Assembly (NCBI GenBank): GCA_965222225.1
Contig: CBDCTK010000002.1
Coordinates: forward strand, 5,376,001-5,440,000
Length of the DNA: 64,000 nt
Direction of reading: 5' to 3'
Source of the DNA: Candidatus Poribacteria bacterium
Lineage (GTDB): Bacteria; Poribacteria; WGA-4E; JAJDTR01
Shown in pieces: positions 42,641 to 53,038 of the stretch (position 1 is the first letter of the stretch; each line of letters opens with the position of its first letter). Below the pieces are notes generated by a model. It searched no databases and had not been told where the DNA came from. It saw only the letters and a list, made by a program, of their open reading frames with translations. Position numbers and translations under genes: made by a program.

Positions 42641-43658
42641 ATGCCTAAAAAATACCTGTTTGGAATCTTCGTTCTAGCCGTAATGATAACCGACCTCGCC
42701 TTGGCACAAAACGAGACAGGCAGGTTGGTCTTCGCCGTCCGCAAACCCTTTCCGCATCGGGACGGCTTCCGAGCCGCAACCGGGACGCTGGAAAAAGGTC
42801 GCGGTACGACGAAATGGTGGGAATTCTATCAATATGACATTTGCACGATGAATCCGGACGGCACAGAATTCCGCCAGCTCACGGACGATGGGCTTTCCCG
42901 TAGACCCCGATGGAACGCTGATTGCGTACATATCCGGGGTTGATGAGGCGGAAGCGCTCTATGTGATGGAGGCAGACGGCGCCGAGAAGGTGCGGCTTGT
43001 AAAAAAACAGTACCGCATTCACGATTTCAGATGGTCTCCTCGTGGTGTTGCGGTTCTCGTTGTGGTCGAGATTGACCGTCCAAAAGATCGACTGGAAAAT
43101 TGGGTCGTAACAGTCGACGCTAAATCGACCAAACGTTGGAGAACCCACAGATGGGCGGCAGGGTGGTTTCACTGGGATGCGGAAGGCGAGGAAATCAAAG
43201 AGCCGAAAAACAAGCTGCTTGAGGCATTGCCAAAAGGCGTAAAATGGCCCGAGTGGTCCCCCGACCGCAATTGGATTGCCTTCACGACCGAAGGCTTCCT
43301 TGCGATCGCGCAGCCGGAAGTCGTCGGCACGACGGGGTTATGGTTCCTCCAACGCTACGAGCCGCCATGTCAACGAATAGAGCGGTGGTCACCCGATGGC
43401 AGCCAAATCCTGTTCTATACAGCGGGTGAAATCTGCGTCGCAACCGTAGAAAACGGAAAATTCAAGAACTACCAAAATCTGAGCCTGTACCGAGGCAGGG
43501 ATGCGACATGGAGTCCCGATGGGAACCAGGTTGGATTCATCGGCCAAGATCGCGGCGGTAGACGCACCAGCGAAATTTTCATTATCGATGTTGGAACTGG
43601 CGCGGTGACACAGATCACATCAACCAGTGACGATTTCTACAACCTTCATTGGCGTTAG
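42641..43658 (+). pseudogene. TolB-like (PD40) beta-propeller protein, frameshifted near 42905
   Basis: Signal peptide and repeated WSPD motifs split over ORFs 42641-42943 and 42888-43658. Confidence 0.75.
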
Positions 43659-43735
43659 TTCAAATTCCTCCGTAGGAGAGGCATCCCTGCCCGGCGAGCT
43701 CCCTAACTGCTCGGTCTGGATTGACAAATCCAGAC

Positions 43736-43928
43736 CATCAAACGACCGATCAAAGGAACGGATAGTGACTGCGATAGAGTTCCCATAGAGATTCCTGATA
43801 GGAAGGATCAAGTGACCGAATAGGATCAACCGAGTGGCTAGCGAGGACGATAGAGTTCCTCATGCGATAGGGATCCTAAGGCGATAGTAAATCCCATAGG
43901 GAGTGCGATAGAACTTCCATAGAAATTC
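43736..43928 (+). repeat. large nested array of hairpin units
   Basis: Four GATCAA-type starts and several 3' tails; halves of the first unit are separated by ~148 nt; another pair of units at 44006-44065. Confidence 0.92.
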
Positions 43929-44199
43929 GACCAGCCTTTGAAAGCGCCAGCGGTGCGAAAGGTGTATAGTAACGCGGATTCACTACACACCAAAGCCCCA
44001 GCGGAGATCAAGCGAATGGATAATGAGCAATCAAACGAGCGAACAGCGAGTGCGATAGAGATCGCATTCAAACAATATCTCCGACCGACATTATCCTCAA
44101 AATTGATTATATAATCACCAACAATTCCCCAATTTCAGGTTGACGCATAACAGAAAATTTGGTATGATAAACCCCGATGGTGTCCTCAATTTCGTCTGG

Positions 44200-44622
44200 G
44201 AACAGCGCGATGGGGCCTTTGCGTCTACGAACAACATCCGAATTCATTACTTGGACTACGCCGGCAGCAATCCACCTATGGTGCTCATGCCGGGATTGAC
44301 GGATAATGCCCACTCGTTTGGCGGTCTCATTCACGCCGGCTTGAACAAGGGGCGCCGCGTCCTCACCCTTGACTTACGGGGGCGCGGGCTGAGCGACAAA
44401 ACCCAACACCGGCTACGGCATGGCTGACCATGCGGCGGACGTAGTGGGCTTATTGGATGCATTGGGACTCGACCAAGTAGTGCTCGGCGGGCACTACTTC
44501 GGAGGCATGTTGGCGCTGTACATGGCGGCAAAGTACCCGGAACGGTTCAGCAAACTGGTCATCATTGATTCCGCCATCTCCTGGCCCTCCGACATGGGTA
44601 TAAATCTGAAACGGCTTGGTAC
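44200..44622 (+). pseudogene. alpha/beta hydrolase N-terminal remnant
   Basis: IRIHYLD, LMPGLT, DLRGRGLSD, frameshift, then GHYFGG (nucleophile Ser lost); truncated by the IS remnant. Confidence 0.75.
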
Positions 44623-45075
44623 ATGATGCATCGGATTCGGGCTGAAGTGGCAACAGATAGCCATGTTTTGCTACAGGGGACTATTGAAGCGAATGAAACC
44701 TATGTTGATGGTATACCCCCGCAAGCACAACGAAAGGCAAAAGAACAACGACGAACCCCCAAAGCGGGGCGGGGTACGAAGAAAACGCTTGTAATAGGCG
44801 CGTTGGAATGGAGTGGAAAAGTCGAGCTCAGTTTGCGGACAATTTGACCGGAAAAGTCGTATTGAAATTCCTCAAGCGAAACGCGAACGCCGATAACTTG
44901 ATACTGATTACAGACGAATATAGGGCGCACAACTCTGTCAGTAGTATTATACCACACGAAAGCTATTAATCGCGACGACCGTTATGTTGATGTACGCCCC
45001 CATGCCAACACCATTGAAAGGTTCTGGCCAATTCTGAAACGGGCTTGGAATGGGAAACAGTATCATTACTTCGTT
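44623..45075 (+). mobile_element. IS1595-family (ISXO2-like DDE) transposase remnant
   Basis: MMHRIR, GTIEANETY (normally E.DETY), GRGT.K..VIG, ITDEY, NTIERFW..LKR; frameshifted, N-terminus missing. Confidence 0.8.
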
Positions 45076-45085
45076 AGGGTGTGCT

Positions 45086-45585
45086 TTACATAACTTCAAT
45101 ACTGGAGTTCCTGTAGATAACCGTTCCGTTTTCTTTCGTTCCGAGAGACCAACATGTGAAATGTTATTTCTACTGTTGTCAAGTTGTCGCTCTGCTTCCT
45201 CAACAACGGCCATCGGTTCAAGTTCGTAGATAACTTTCACCTTTATTTGATTTTTTGCATAGAATACAGCAAAATAGACCTTATGATTTCTCCAAATCCT
45301 ATTCAAGGATTCCACGCGTTTGTCTGGCGGATGCTTAAACATTCTATCAAACTGTCCAGAACCACCTTCTTTGCAGGACAAATATTCATACAGAATAGTG
45401 GGGTCGTTGGGGGCGTGAGCATCAGCATCTCGTTTTGAGGTTATTAGGGTATGTCCGAGAATATCGGCAATGATCATTTCTTTAACTAGCCCTGGCTGGA
45501 GAAGGTTGTTGATATTTACAGTTCTCGCCAAATCAGTCGCTTTAGTAACAAGCTCAATAATTTTGCGATATATTGCCTTGCCCAT
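45086..45585 (-). pseudogene. type II restriction endonuclease-like gene (PvuII-like), frameshifted near its C-terminus
   Basis: INNLLQPG, DADA, YEYLS resemble PvuII-type motifs; directly downstream of the MTase; alternative frame ends KENGTVIYRNSSIEVM*. Confidence 0.55.
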
Positions 45586-45586
45586 A

Positions 45587-46385
45587 TCACATAAACACCT
45601 GTTGATTAGGAAGTTCGGAAAGTCTTTTTTCCGCACTCTGAACGAAGTTCGGTTCATAGTCGAAGGCGATAAAATTTCGCCCGTGTTTTTTACACGCGAC
45701 AGGACATGTACCAACCCCTGTAAATGGGTCTAAGACTAGGTCGCCCGGAGATGAACTTGCTAATACAATTCGTTCTAGTAACTTTTCAGGTTTCTGGATA
45801 GTGTGTAAGTGCTTCTCGGCTAATAAGTTCTTTTGACTTGTAGGTAAGTTGCTTAATATCTCCCCAGACGTTTCCTGGGTTCTTACCTTTACTATTAAAC
45901 TTGGTTTTTCCAAACTTGCCATTCAGCACAGAGGGCACGCGTTCACACCGAAGCCGCTGATTTAGCTCAACAAGCTGTGCCACCCTAATGGCATCTAGGT
46001 TATAACATCGCGGGCGAGTGCCCTTGATGAAGTAACAGATTAAATCATAGTTATTTGTATAGTTTATTCTGCCTTGAGCAAGGCGGCTTGGCTGATACCA
46101 TACAATCTTTGAACGAAGGTTCAAAAACTTCCGATAATCAATGAAATCAATACAGTCCGGTTTGCCAAACAAATACAAAGCTCCACCAGACTTTAATTTA
46201 GGGGAAAAGCGCTGTATCAAATCAAGGTTAAAATCCTGAATAGAAACAACCTTATCCCATGGTTTATCTGTTCTGGCATACGGACCATCGCATACAATCA
46301 GATCTATTGATTCATCCTCAATCTTGTCTAATAGTTCAAATGCATCACCGCAGTAAATCCTGTTAGGTTCAAGGCTATTTGTCAT
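45587..46385 (-). pseudogene. N4/N6 DNA methyltransferase (beta class), frameshift near 45805
   Basis: SIDLIVCDGPY (motif IV variant), GKNPGNVW, then shifted TIQKPEKLLERIV, VLDPFTGVGT; ggagg RBS. Confidence 0.85.
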
Positions 46386-46571
46386 GGTTCTGTCCTCCAT
46401 GTGTAAACATACATTACTATTATATCATACTATACCCGCCACAGGACACGAAAAACAACCACTGTGGCAAAATGCCACGCAACCGAAAATTCCAGAACTA
46501 CGCAGTGCGTTTAATGGAGTATTCATTCACACAATATTAATGCCCGCTGAAGAGCTGTAGGAGAGACATTC

Positions 46572-47567
46572 ATGGATTTAAAACCGCTGAGAACCGGCTT
46601 TATTGGCGCAGGCGGCTTCGCGAGGCATACGCTCTACCCGGCGTTGCACTTCGCCCCGATTGACTTACAGGCGATTTGCGAGATTGACGAAGAAAGAGCG
46701 AAAAACGTACTGGGAAAATTCGGCACCGGGCGGTGGTATGCGGATTACCATCAGATGTGGGAAAATGAAGATATTGAGGCGATGATTATCTGTGCCGGCC
46801 CCGAGGCGCGCCAATCCCTCGTCTGCGAAGCCCTTGAAGCCGGGTATCACGTCTTTGTGCCTAAGCCGCCCGCAGAGACCCTCGCGGCAGCGACCGAGAT
46901 AGCCGAAGTCGCGAATCGCACAAACAAAGTCGTGAAGGTGAACTTTCAACGTCGATTTAGCCTCGGCGTTCGGCGCGCCATGGAGATTATGAGTGGAGAC
47001 AGTTTCGGCAAAGTCACACAACTTCTCGGCTCGTTCTGCTCGGGCAACTACCGTTCGCGTCTTGCGAAGACAAGCGAAACAGGGGAGTGCGGAGCGGGAC
47101 AGGTCTATCTGCTAGATTTCGCAATTCACTATTTCGATCTGATTCGTTACATCGGTGGAGAGGTGAAAGCGGTTTCCTCTTTCCACAACGAGATTGGAGG
47201 ACAAGGGGCTTTCGCGGTAACCTTGCAGTTCGAGAGTGGAGCGGTCGGAACGCTGCAACTCAACAGCCACCGCCTATGGGGGCGTAACTACGACCGTGTC
47301 GAAATCACCGGTCAGGGAGAATACATTATCCTTGACGGTTTGTGGTGCGTTGCCCACTACACCGAATCCCAAAACCATTTCACGGATAATTTCAGCGATC
47401 AACGCACTGGCGAATTGACCGGTGACGGATACAGCTTGACCGAATTCGTGAGCGCCATCCGAGAAGAGCGTGAGCCGATTGCAAGCATCCACGATTGCCT
47501 CGGGACAATGAGGCTTTATGAAGCCGTGCTGGCAAAACAGAAAGGTGTAGTTGAATTAAGCGATTAA
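46572..47567 (+). CDS. Gfo/Idh/MocA family oxidoreductase
   Basis: GFIGAGG, LEAGYHVFVPKPPA, NFQRRF, DFAIHYFDL. Confidence 0.9.
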   Translation: MDLKPLRTGFIGAGGFARHTLYPALHFAPIDLQAICEIDEERAKNVLGKFGTGRWYADYHQMWENEDIEAMIICAGPEARQSLVCEALEAGYHVFVPKPPAETLAAATEIAEVANRTNKVVKVNFQRRFSLGVRRAMEIMSGDSFGKVTQLLGSFCSGNYRSRLAKTSETGECGAGQVYLLDFAIHYFDLIRYIGGEVKAVSSFHNEIGGQGAFAVTLQFESGAVGTLQLNSHRLWGRNYDRVEITGQGEYIILDGLWCVAHYTESQNHFTDNFSDQRTGELTGDGYSLTEFVSAIREEREPIASIHDCLGTMRLYEAVLAKQKGVVELSD

Positions 47568-47725
47568 GCGATTAAGCGAGCGAATAGATCAAGTGACCGG
47601 ATAGGGAACGCGATAGCAATCCCCTGAAGCGACTGAATAAGTTGTAGGGTGGGATCAAAGGAGTGAATAACGATCAAGCGAATGAATAATGAGTGCGATA
47701 GTGAATCCCGTACGATAGAGGTCCC
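47562..47725 (+). repeat. two arrays of hairpin units (47562-47623 and 47653-47725)
   Basis: First overlaps the oxidoreductase stop codon; second is nested in GTAGGGTGG...CTGCCCACC. Confidence 0.85.
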
Positions 47726-47898
47726 CCTGCCCACCATCTCTTGGGGTATCCCAATGCGATAGAGTCTCCGCTCATTCCTGCTCGGCTCGGATTGCCAAAT
47801 CCAAGCCTTGGCCGATTGCGTCATCAGTTCGTAGGTTGGGTTGAACGGAAACCCAACACCTCATCTGAATCACGGAACTAACAAGGAACATTTGACAA

Positions 47899-48285
47899 AT
47901 GGATGAAGACAAACGCTTTGAAAAGGGCATGAAAATCCGAAGGGAAGTCTTGGGAGATGAACATGTTGATCGAGCCCTAACTAATGCCAACGCCTTTAAT
48001 GACGCCTTTCAAGATCTGACAACCCGTTACGCATGGGGAGAAGTCTGGTCACGACCCCAGTTGTCTAAACACTCTCGAAGCCTCATTACCCTTGCAATGC
48101 TGATTGCTCTCAATAGAAAACCCGAGTTTCAACTGCATGTCAAAGCCGCGCTAAACAATGGCGTTTCCATTGAAGAGATTAAAGAAGTTGTGCTCCAATC
48201 GGCGGTATACTGCGGTTTGCCCGCCGCTCATTCCGCATTTCATGATGCCCAAGAAGTCTTTGAAGAGCTGAATTTGGAGATTTAA
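47899..48285 (+). CDS. pcaC: 4-carboxymuconolactone decarboxylase
   Basis: GM.IRREVLGD.HVDRA, FQDL.TRYAWG.VWSRP, RSLITLAML, AVYCGLPAA. Confidence 0.93.
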   Translation: MDEDKRFEKGMKIRREVLGDEHVDRALTNANAFNDAFQDLTTRYAWGEVWSRPQLSKHSRSLITLAMLIALNRKPEFQLHVKAALNNGVSIEEIKEVVLQSAVYCGLPAAHSAFHDAQEVFEELNLEI

Positions 48286-48589
48286 CGCGCACAATAGCCT
48301 TCGTAGGGTTGTCTACCTTGCCCGTGATGCCCCCAAACCGTGACGAGTGAAATGTTTCTAAGTTAATCCATCAATACGCCTCTTACAAGGCACATCCGAT
48401 GAAACGGTATAGTGGTAAATTGTCGTTAAACTCTACATAAGCGCCAAAGGATATGGACGGAACTCCATATCCGCTTGGGTGCTGCTGGATAGGCGCTGCC
48501 GGAAGCTCCGACTAGTGTGGGCAGACAGAAGGGAATCGGTCATGTTAGCTGAATTCAAGTTCGGAGATTTGCAAGGCAGCAACGAAGCC

Positions 48590-48920
48590 CATGACTGAGA
48601 CGGCGTGTTCATCGTCCGCGACGTGCTAGACCTTGATCTCGTCGGTGAATTGAACCGGCACATTGACTGGCTGATTGAGCGAAACCCCGGCGATATCTCG
48701 GTGCATCATCCGCACACGGTCCATGGCTCCGATGCCAACATCAGTGACCGCTGGCGTTGCGGCGTTCCATTCAATGTATGCCTGCGACAACTCGCGTAAC
48801 AAAACCTTGGTCCTGTACATTCCTGTTTCGCGGCGAAGCCGCTGAAGACGTCATTAACGATTATAAGCGTAAACCAACATACATTGCGGGAGAACGCATG
48901 CCGTTCAAATGTTGTGAATC
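48590..48920 (+). pseudogene. PhyH-family dioxygenase remnant with internal deletion
   Basis: GVFIVRDVLD...HIDWL fused directly to GDISVHHP.TVHGS.AN.SDRWR.G. Confidence 0.6.
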
Positions 48921-48965
48921 ATGGAAGTGAATCAAAGCAACAAACACTGAAAGAAGATTGCGCTC

Positions 48966-49802
48966 ATGAACGAACACGACGAAAAGGCGTACTATCCGGA
49001 CATCCGACAGACCGTTTGGCTACTGATATGCCTCTTTTTTCTCTTGGTTCTCATAAGCGTTCCTTTCTTTCTGGTCGATTTTTGGATTGATTACCACCTG
49101 CTTGAACATCCCGCTTGCTTCGGTGCAATCAGTGCCGTAGCGTTTGGACTAGCGCTGAAATGGGGCATCGGCAAAACAGGTCGCTCGTTTTCGGAGGTCT
49201 GTCCCGCCGCGTCTGTTGAGCGTTCATTATATCCGTTAATGGTGTTGCTTATCTTGGGACTGGAGATTCTTCTCTCCGAGGCAGACAATGTTCTGCGTAC
49301 ACTGCTGCCTGCACCGCAATGGCTGATGGATCAACTATTGGATTTGGTACGGGCAGAACAGAGTCTTTGGGGGTCGATACTTGTACTTGTAATCGTCGCC
49401 CCCCTCGCGGAAGAGTTTCTGTTCCGTGGCCTCATTTTGAATGGATTTCTGCGCAAATATTCAGTCACGAAGTCCATTCTTGTATCCGCTCTGCTCTTTG
49501 CCCTGTACCACTTGAATCCGTGGCAATTCCTAGGCGCCTTCGTGGGTGGGATAATCCTCGCGTGGTGGAGGATTCGTACAGGCTCGATTGTGCCCTGTAT
49601 CTTCGGACATGCGTTAAAGAATGGGATACCAATGATTGTTATGGGGGTAAAGATTGAAATCAGCGGGTATTCATCGGATCCCACGGGACCAGTTCAGTTG
49701 CAACCGTGGTGGTTCGATGTGACTGGCGTCATACTGTTTGTCGCCGCTCTCTTTGCCCTCCAGCAACGGTTTGCCGAACTCGCACCGCCTAACGAGGTTT
49801 GA
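48966..49802 (+). CDS. CPBP family (CAAX/Abi) intramembrane metalloprotease
   Basis: APLAEEFLFRG, FALYH, H..KN. Confidence 0.92.
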   Translation: MNEHDEKAYYPDIRQTVWLLICLFFLLVLISVPFFLVDFWIDYHLLEHPACFGAISAVAFGLALKWGIGKTGRSFSEVCPAASVERSLYPLMVLLILGLEILLSEADNVLRTLLPAPQWLMDQLLDLVRAEQSLWGSILVLVIVAPLAEEFLFRGLILNGFLRKYSVTKSILVSALLFALYHLNPWQFLGAFVGGIILAWWRIRTGSIVPCIFGHALKNGIPMIVMGVKIEISGYSSDPTGPVQLQPWWFDVTGVILFVAALFALQQRFAELAPPNEV

Positions 49803-49805
49803 TTC

Positions 49806-50957
49806 ATGGCACACGCCTATACGCCGGGGCTAAAAGTCTCAAGAGGTATGACGATACACAAGCAGCGCAGGCTACCGCTTGAAGGTGAAGTGCTTGTGGG
49901 TGTCGGTGACAAAGTTTGTGCCGACGAGGTCGTCGCAAAGGCGGATCTCCCTGGCAATGTGCAGCTGGTAAATATTGCGAATCTGCTCAGCGTTCCCGCC
50001 GGTGATGTGGAGGAATACACAACCAAAAAGATAGGCGAAAGCGTCGAAAAAGATGAAATCCTCGCGGCAACCAAAGGAATTTTCGGGCTTTTCAAATCAC
50101 AAGCCCGTTCCCCGATTTCTGGAATGGTCGAAAACATTTCCGATGTCACTGGACATGTGATTCTTCGCGAGCCTCCAATCCCTGTCGAGGTGAGAGCTTA
50201 TGTAGACGGATCTGTCACTGAAGTCGCTGGTAATGAAGGGATTACCGTCGAGGCCTACGGTACCTACATTCAGGGAATCTTCGGTATCGGAGGAGAAACC
50301 CTTGGAATACTGGAGGTCGTCGTCAGCTCCCCTGATGCGCCTCTTACCCCTGACCTAATTCAGCCTCAACACCGGGACAAAATTCTTGTCGGTGGGTCGA
50401 TTGTTTCGCACGATGCGATTCAAGCGGCGATTCGAAGTGGTGTTAGAGGATTGATTGTGGGCGGTATTGATGACAAAGATCTCCGGGAACTCTTGCGTTA
50501 TGAACTCGGTGTCGCCATCACTGGCTCCGAAGACATCGGTATCACCCTCGTTGTTACGGAAGGCTTTGGGAAGATCCGAATGGCGGATCGCACTTTCAAT
50601 CTACTTAAGGAACGACAAGGCCTCAAAACATCAATCAATGGTACAACCCAAATTCGCGCCGGAGTGGTACGTCCGGAAATCGTCGTTCCTTTCGAATCAA
50701 GCGGGCATCTGATAGAGGATGCTGTCGTAGCCGGAATACTTGAGGTCGGCACGCCGGTTCGTGTCATTCGTGAACCCTATTTCGGACAACTTGGTCGTGT
50801 TACCGCGTTGCCTGTCGAACGCCAACAGCTGGAAACCGGAGCCAAGGTGCGCATCTTGGAAGCTGAGTTGGACGACGGCGCACAAATAACGCTTCCGCGG
50901 GCAAATGTCGAAATCATTGAGGAGACACAATCTGCCTTCTCCGACACGAGCGGATAA
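49806..50957 (+). CDS. conserved hypothetical protein with barrel-sandwich-hybrid repeats and a KOW-like C-terminus
   Basis: MAHAYTPGLKV, GEVLV.VGD.V, SPISG.VE, GIFGIGGE, VRVIREPYFG..G.V; function not recognised. Confidence 0.8.
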   Translation: MAHAYTPGLKVSRGMTIHKQRRLPLEGEVLVGVGDKVCADEVVAKADLPGNVQLVNIANLLSVPAGDVEEYTTKKIGESVEKDEILAATKGIFGLFKSQARSPISGMVENISDVTGHVILREPPIPVEVRAYVDGSVTEVAGNEGITVEAYGTYIQGIFGIGGETLGILEVVVSSPDAPLTPDLIQPQHRDKILVGGSIVSHDAIQAAIRSGVRGLIVGGIDDKDLRELLRYELGVAITGSEDIGITLVVTEGFGKIRMADRTFNLLKERQGLKTSINGTTQIRAGVVRPEIVVPFESSGHLIEDAVVAGILEVGTPVRVIREPYFGQLGRVTALPVERQQLETGAKVRILEAELDDGAQITLPRANVEIIEETQSAFSDTSG

Positions 50958-51007
50958 TCAATACGCTAGGACTTACGCGGAAACAGGAGGTCGCGACGGT
51001 AGGCGGA

Positions 51008-51148
51008 GATCAACTGAGCGATCAGGCGACTGGATAAGGAGCGCGATAGAGTTCCTATAGCGAAGGATCAAGGTAACGGATAGTGACCGATCAACTGAAT
51101 GGACAGTGAAGGCGATAGAAAGTCTTGATAGCAATCCCATAGAGATCC
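51008..51148 (+). repeat. four nested hairpin units
   Basis: CT GA GC G (51014-51020) re-pairs with TA GC GA AG (51058-51065) across an inserted unit. Confidence 0.92.
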
Positions 51149-51443
51149 GTTAATCCGCGATTCAGACAATTACTAAAATTCACAATCCCCATACCTTATT
51201 CTCTTAGCGAATAAACCACTAATACACTAATTGATAAATTTCCACCCCATGAGAAGATTAAGGGTGGAGCTAATCGATAATTCAAGCAAAATTGGCGTCA
51301 TAAACCTGATTGCGTTTCACTGCAATTATTCCATAACCACATGGGGCACCGCTAGTACCGAACCGGTCCTACACTCCTATCGCCCGATTCTTTGGAGAGA
51401 TTTGATTTTGAACACTATGTATCGATTGAGGACAAATCCTTTT

Positions 51444-52685
51444 ATGAAAGCAACAAACAGAAAACTCCGACTGGTTTTAGTCTGTTTCTCGGCAGTTTTC
51501 CTTTCATCTTCGCTGTTGGAAACCATCAACTCTGGCATAATCCTCTGCTGGGCGTCAAGTACAGATATGAACTCTACGTCTGAAGTTCAAGAGCCGTTAA
51601 AAGGAAACGCAGAGGTCGCGGACATCAATACCGGATGTTTCGGCCCAATTCATAATGAGGATGTTGACCTCGTGGAGAGTACCGAACTGATTCGACAGCA
51701 TAATCCGTTGCTATGCCAAGCCAATTTGACAAAGCAGCGAGGATTTGAAGAAATCGATCTGCTCCAAGATCGCGGGGAAGCGCCCCCAAAATTGCTAAGC
51801 AAGACCAGTCCGAAAAAATCACAGTCGCCAGAGCTGTCCGTCGATTCGCCCCTTGAGGCGGGAATTGATAGATATATCAAGAGTAACCGATACCGGCGTA
51901 CGTTGGCATCGACAGACCAAACGAGTTTCGTTGTTTACGACATTTCGAAGGGAAAAAAGGTTGTCTCGATTAACGAAGACCAACCCATGATGGCGGCGTC
52001 CCTTATCAAAAACTTTGTGATGTTAGTCTATTTTCACGAGGTCCGACAGGGACGGTTGCACCACACAAACCAGAATCGCCTACATCTGAAAAACATGATC
52101 CAGCGGAGCTATAATTCCTCGACAAACTACTTTATCAGATTGCTTGGCGGCCCCCACCGCGTGAATCAACTCCTCAGATGGAATTATCCCTTATTCGAGC
52201 ATACGCGTATCGTTGAAAATATTCCAAGCGGCGGGCGCACCTATCGAAACATGACCTCTGCGCACGATATGAACCGTTTCTATTATCAATTATGGCTGGG
52301 GCATCTGCCCCATTCTCCGAAAATGAAACATTATCTGGGTTTGCCCAAAGGGGATCGCCTTTACGATAAAACCTGCATTCCGCGGGGTGTTCACGTCTAC
52401 AATAAAACCGGCACGGTTTATGGAATGGTTGGAGATAGTGGGATTTTGGTCATCACCGACCCGAAAGGCAAACAGCGTGCATACATTCTAATCGCAATCA
52501 TTGAAGACAGGACCAAAACCAATCTTCGGAATCGCTCCCAATCCTTCGGATCCTGGGTGAGTCGCCGCACAGAAATCCTGCGTAGTGTCTCGGAAGGTGT
52601 CTACGAATATATCTACGAGCGGCATTATGGTGGAGTATACCAGTGCCGGCAGCATCGCGGTAGACACCTAATCGCTAGGAAGTAG
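51444..52685 (+). CDS. class A beta-lactamase-like serine hydrolase
   Basis: AASLIK (SxxK), SYN, NKTG; signal-like N-terminus; start uncertain. Confidence 0.85.
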   Translation: MKATNRKLRLVLVCFSAVFLSSSLLETINSGIILCWASSTDMNSTSEVQEPLKGNAEVADINTGCFGPIHNEDVDLVESTELIRQHNPLLCQANLTKQRGFEEIDLLQDRGEAPPKLLSKTSPKKSQSPELSVDSPLEAGIDRYIKSNRYRRTLASTDQTSFVVYDISKGKKVVSINEDQPMMAASLIKNFVMLVYFHEVRQGRLHHTNQNRLHLKNMIQRSYNSSTNYFIRLLGGPHRVNQLLRWNYPLFEHTRIVENIPSGGRTYRNMTSAHDMNRFYYQLWLGHLPHSPKMKHYLGLPKGDRLYDKTCIPRGVHVYNKTGTVYGMVGDSGILVITDPKGKQRAYILIAIIEDRTKTNLRNRSQSFGSWVSRRTEILRSVSEGVYEYIYERHYGGVYQCRQHRGRHLIARK

Positions 52686-52702
52686 CTCTTCTTGTAGGGT
52701 GG

Positions 52703-52895
52703 GATCAAGCGAGTGAATAGCGATCAAGGGAACGAACAGTGATCGATCAACTGAATGGACAGTGAAGGCGATAGAAATTCCCTCAAGCGAACGATCAACT
52801 GAGATCAAACGAGCGAATAGCGATTGACCGAGTGGACAACGAGGGACAACTGAGTGAATAACGAAGGCGATAGCAATCCCGTGCGATAGAGCTCC
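52703..52895 (+). repeat. large nested array of hairpin units
   Basis: About eight GATCAA-type starts after GTAGGGTGG. Confidence 0.9.
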
Positions 52896-53038
52896 ATCAG
52901 CGATTATTAAGTCGTCGTTTTTCCTTCTTATTGCCCACCATCCCCAAACACGTAGTCAACTGATTATACAATATATTGTACGATATGTGACAGTATTACA
53001 CTATATATTGATAATTATTTTATTTCCAAATAAGCTGT

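Noticed and set aside
52703-52895. Unit arrays as CRISPR arrays
   Set aside because: There is no constant repeat-spacer period, the variable 17-mers are self-complementary rather than foreign, the architecture is nested, and no cas genes are present
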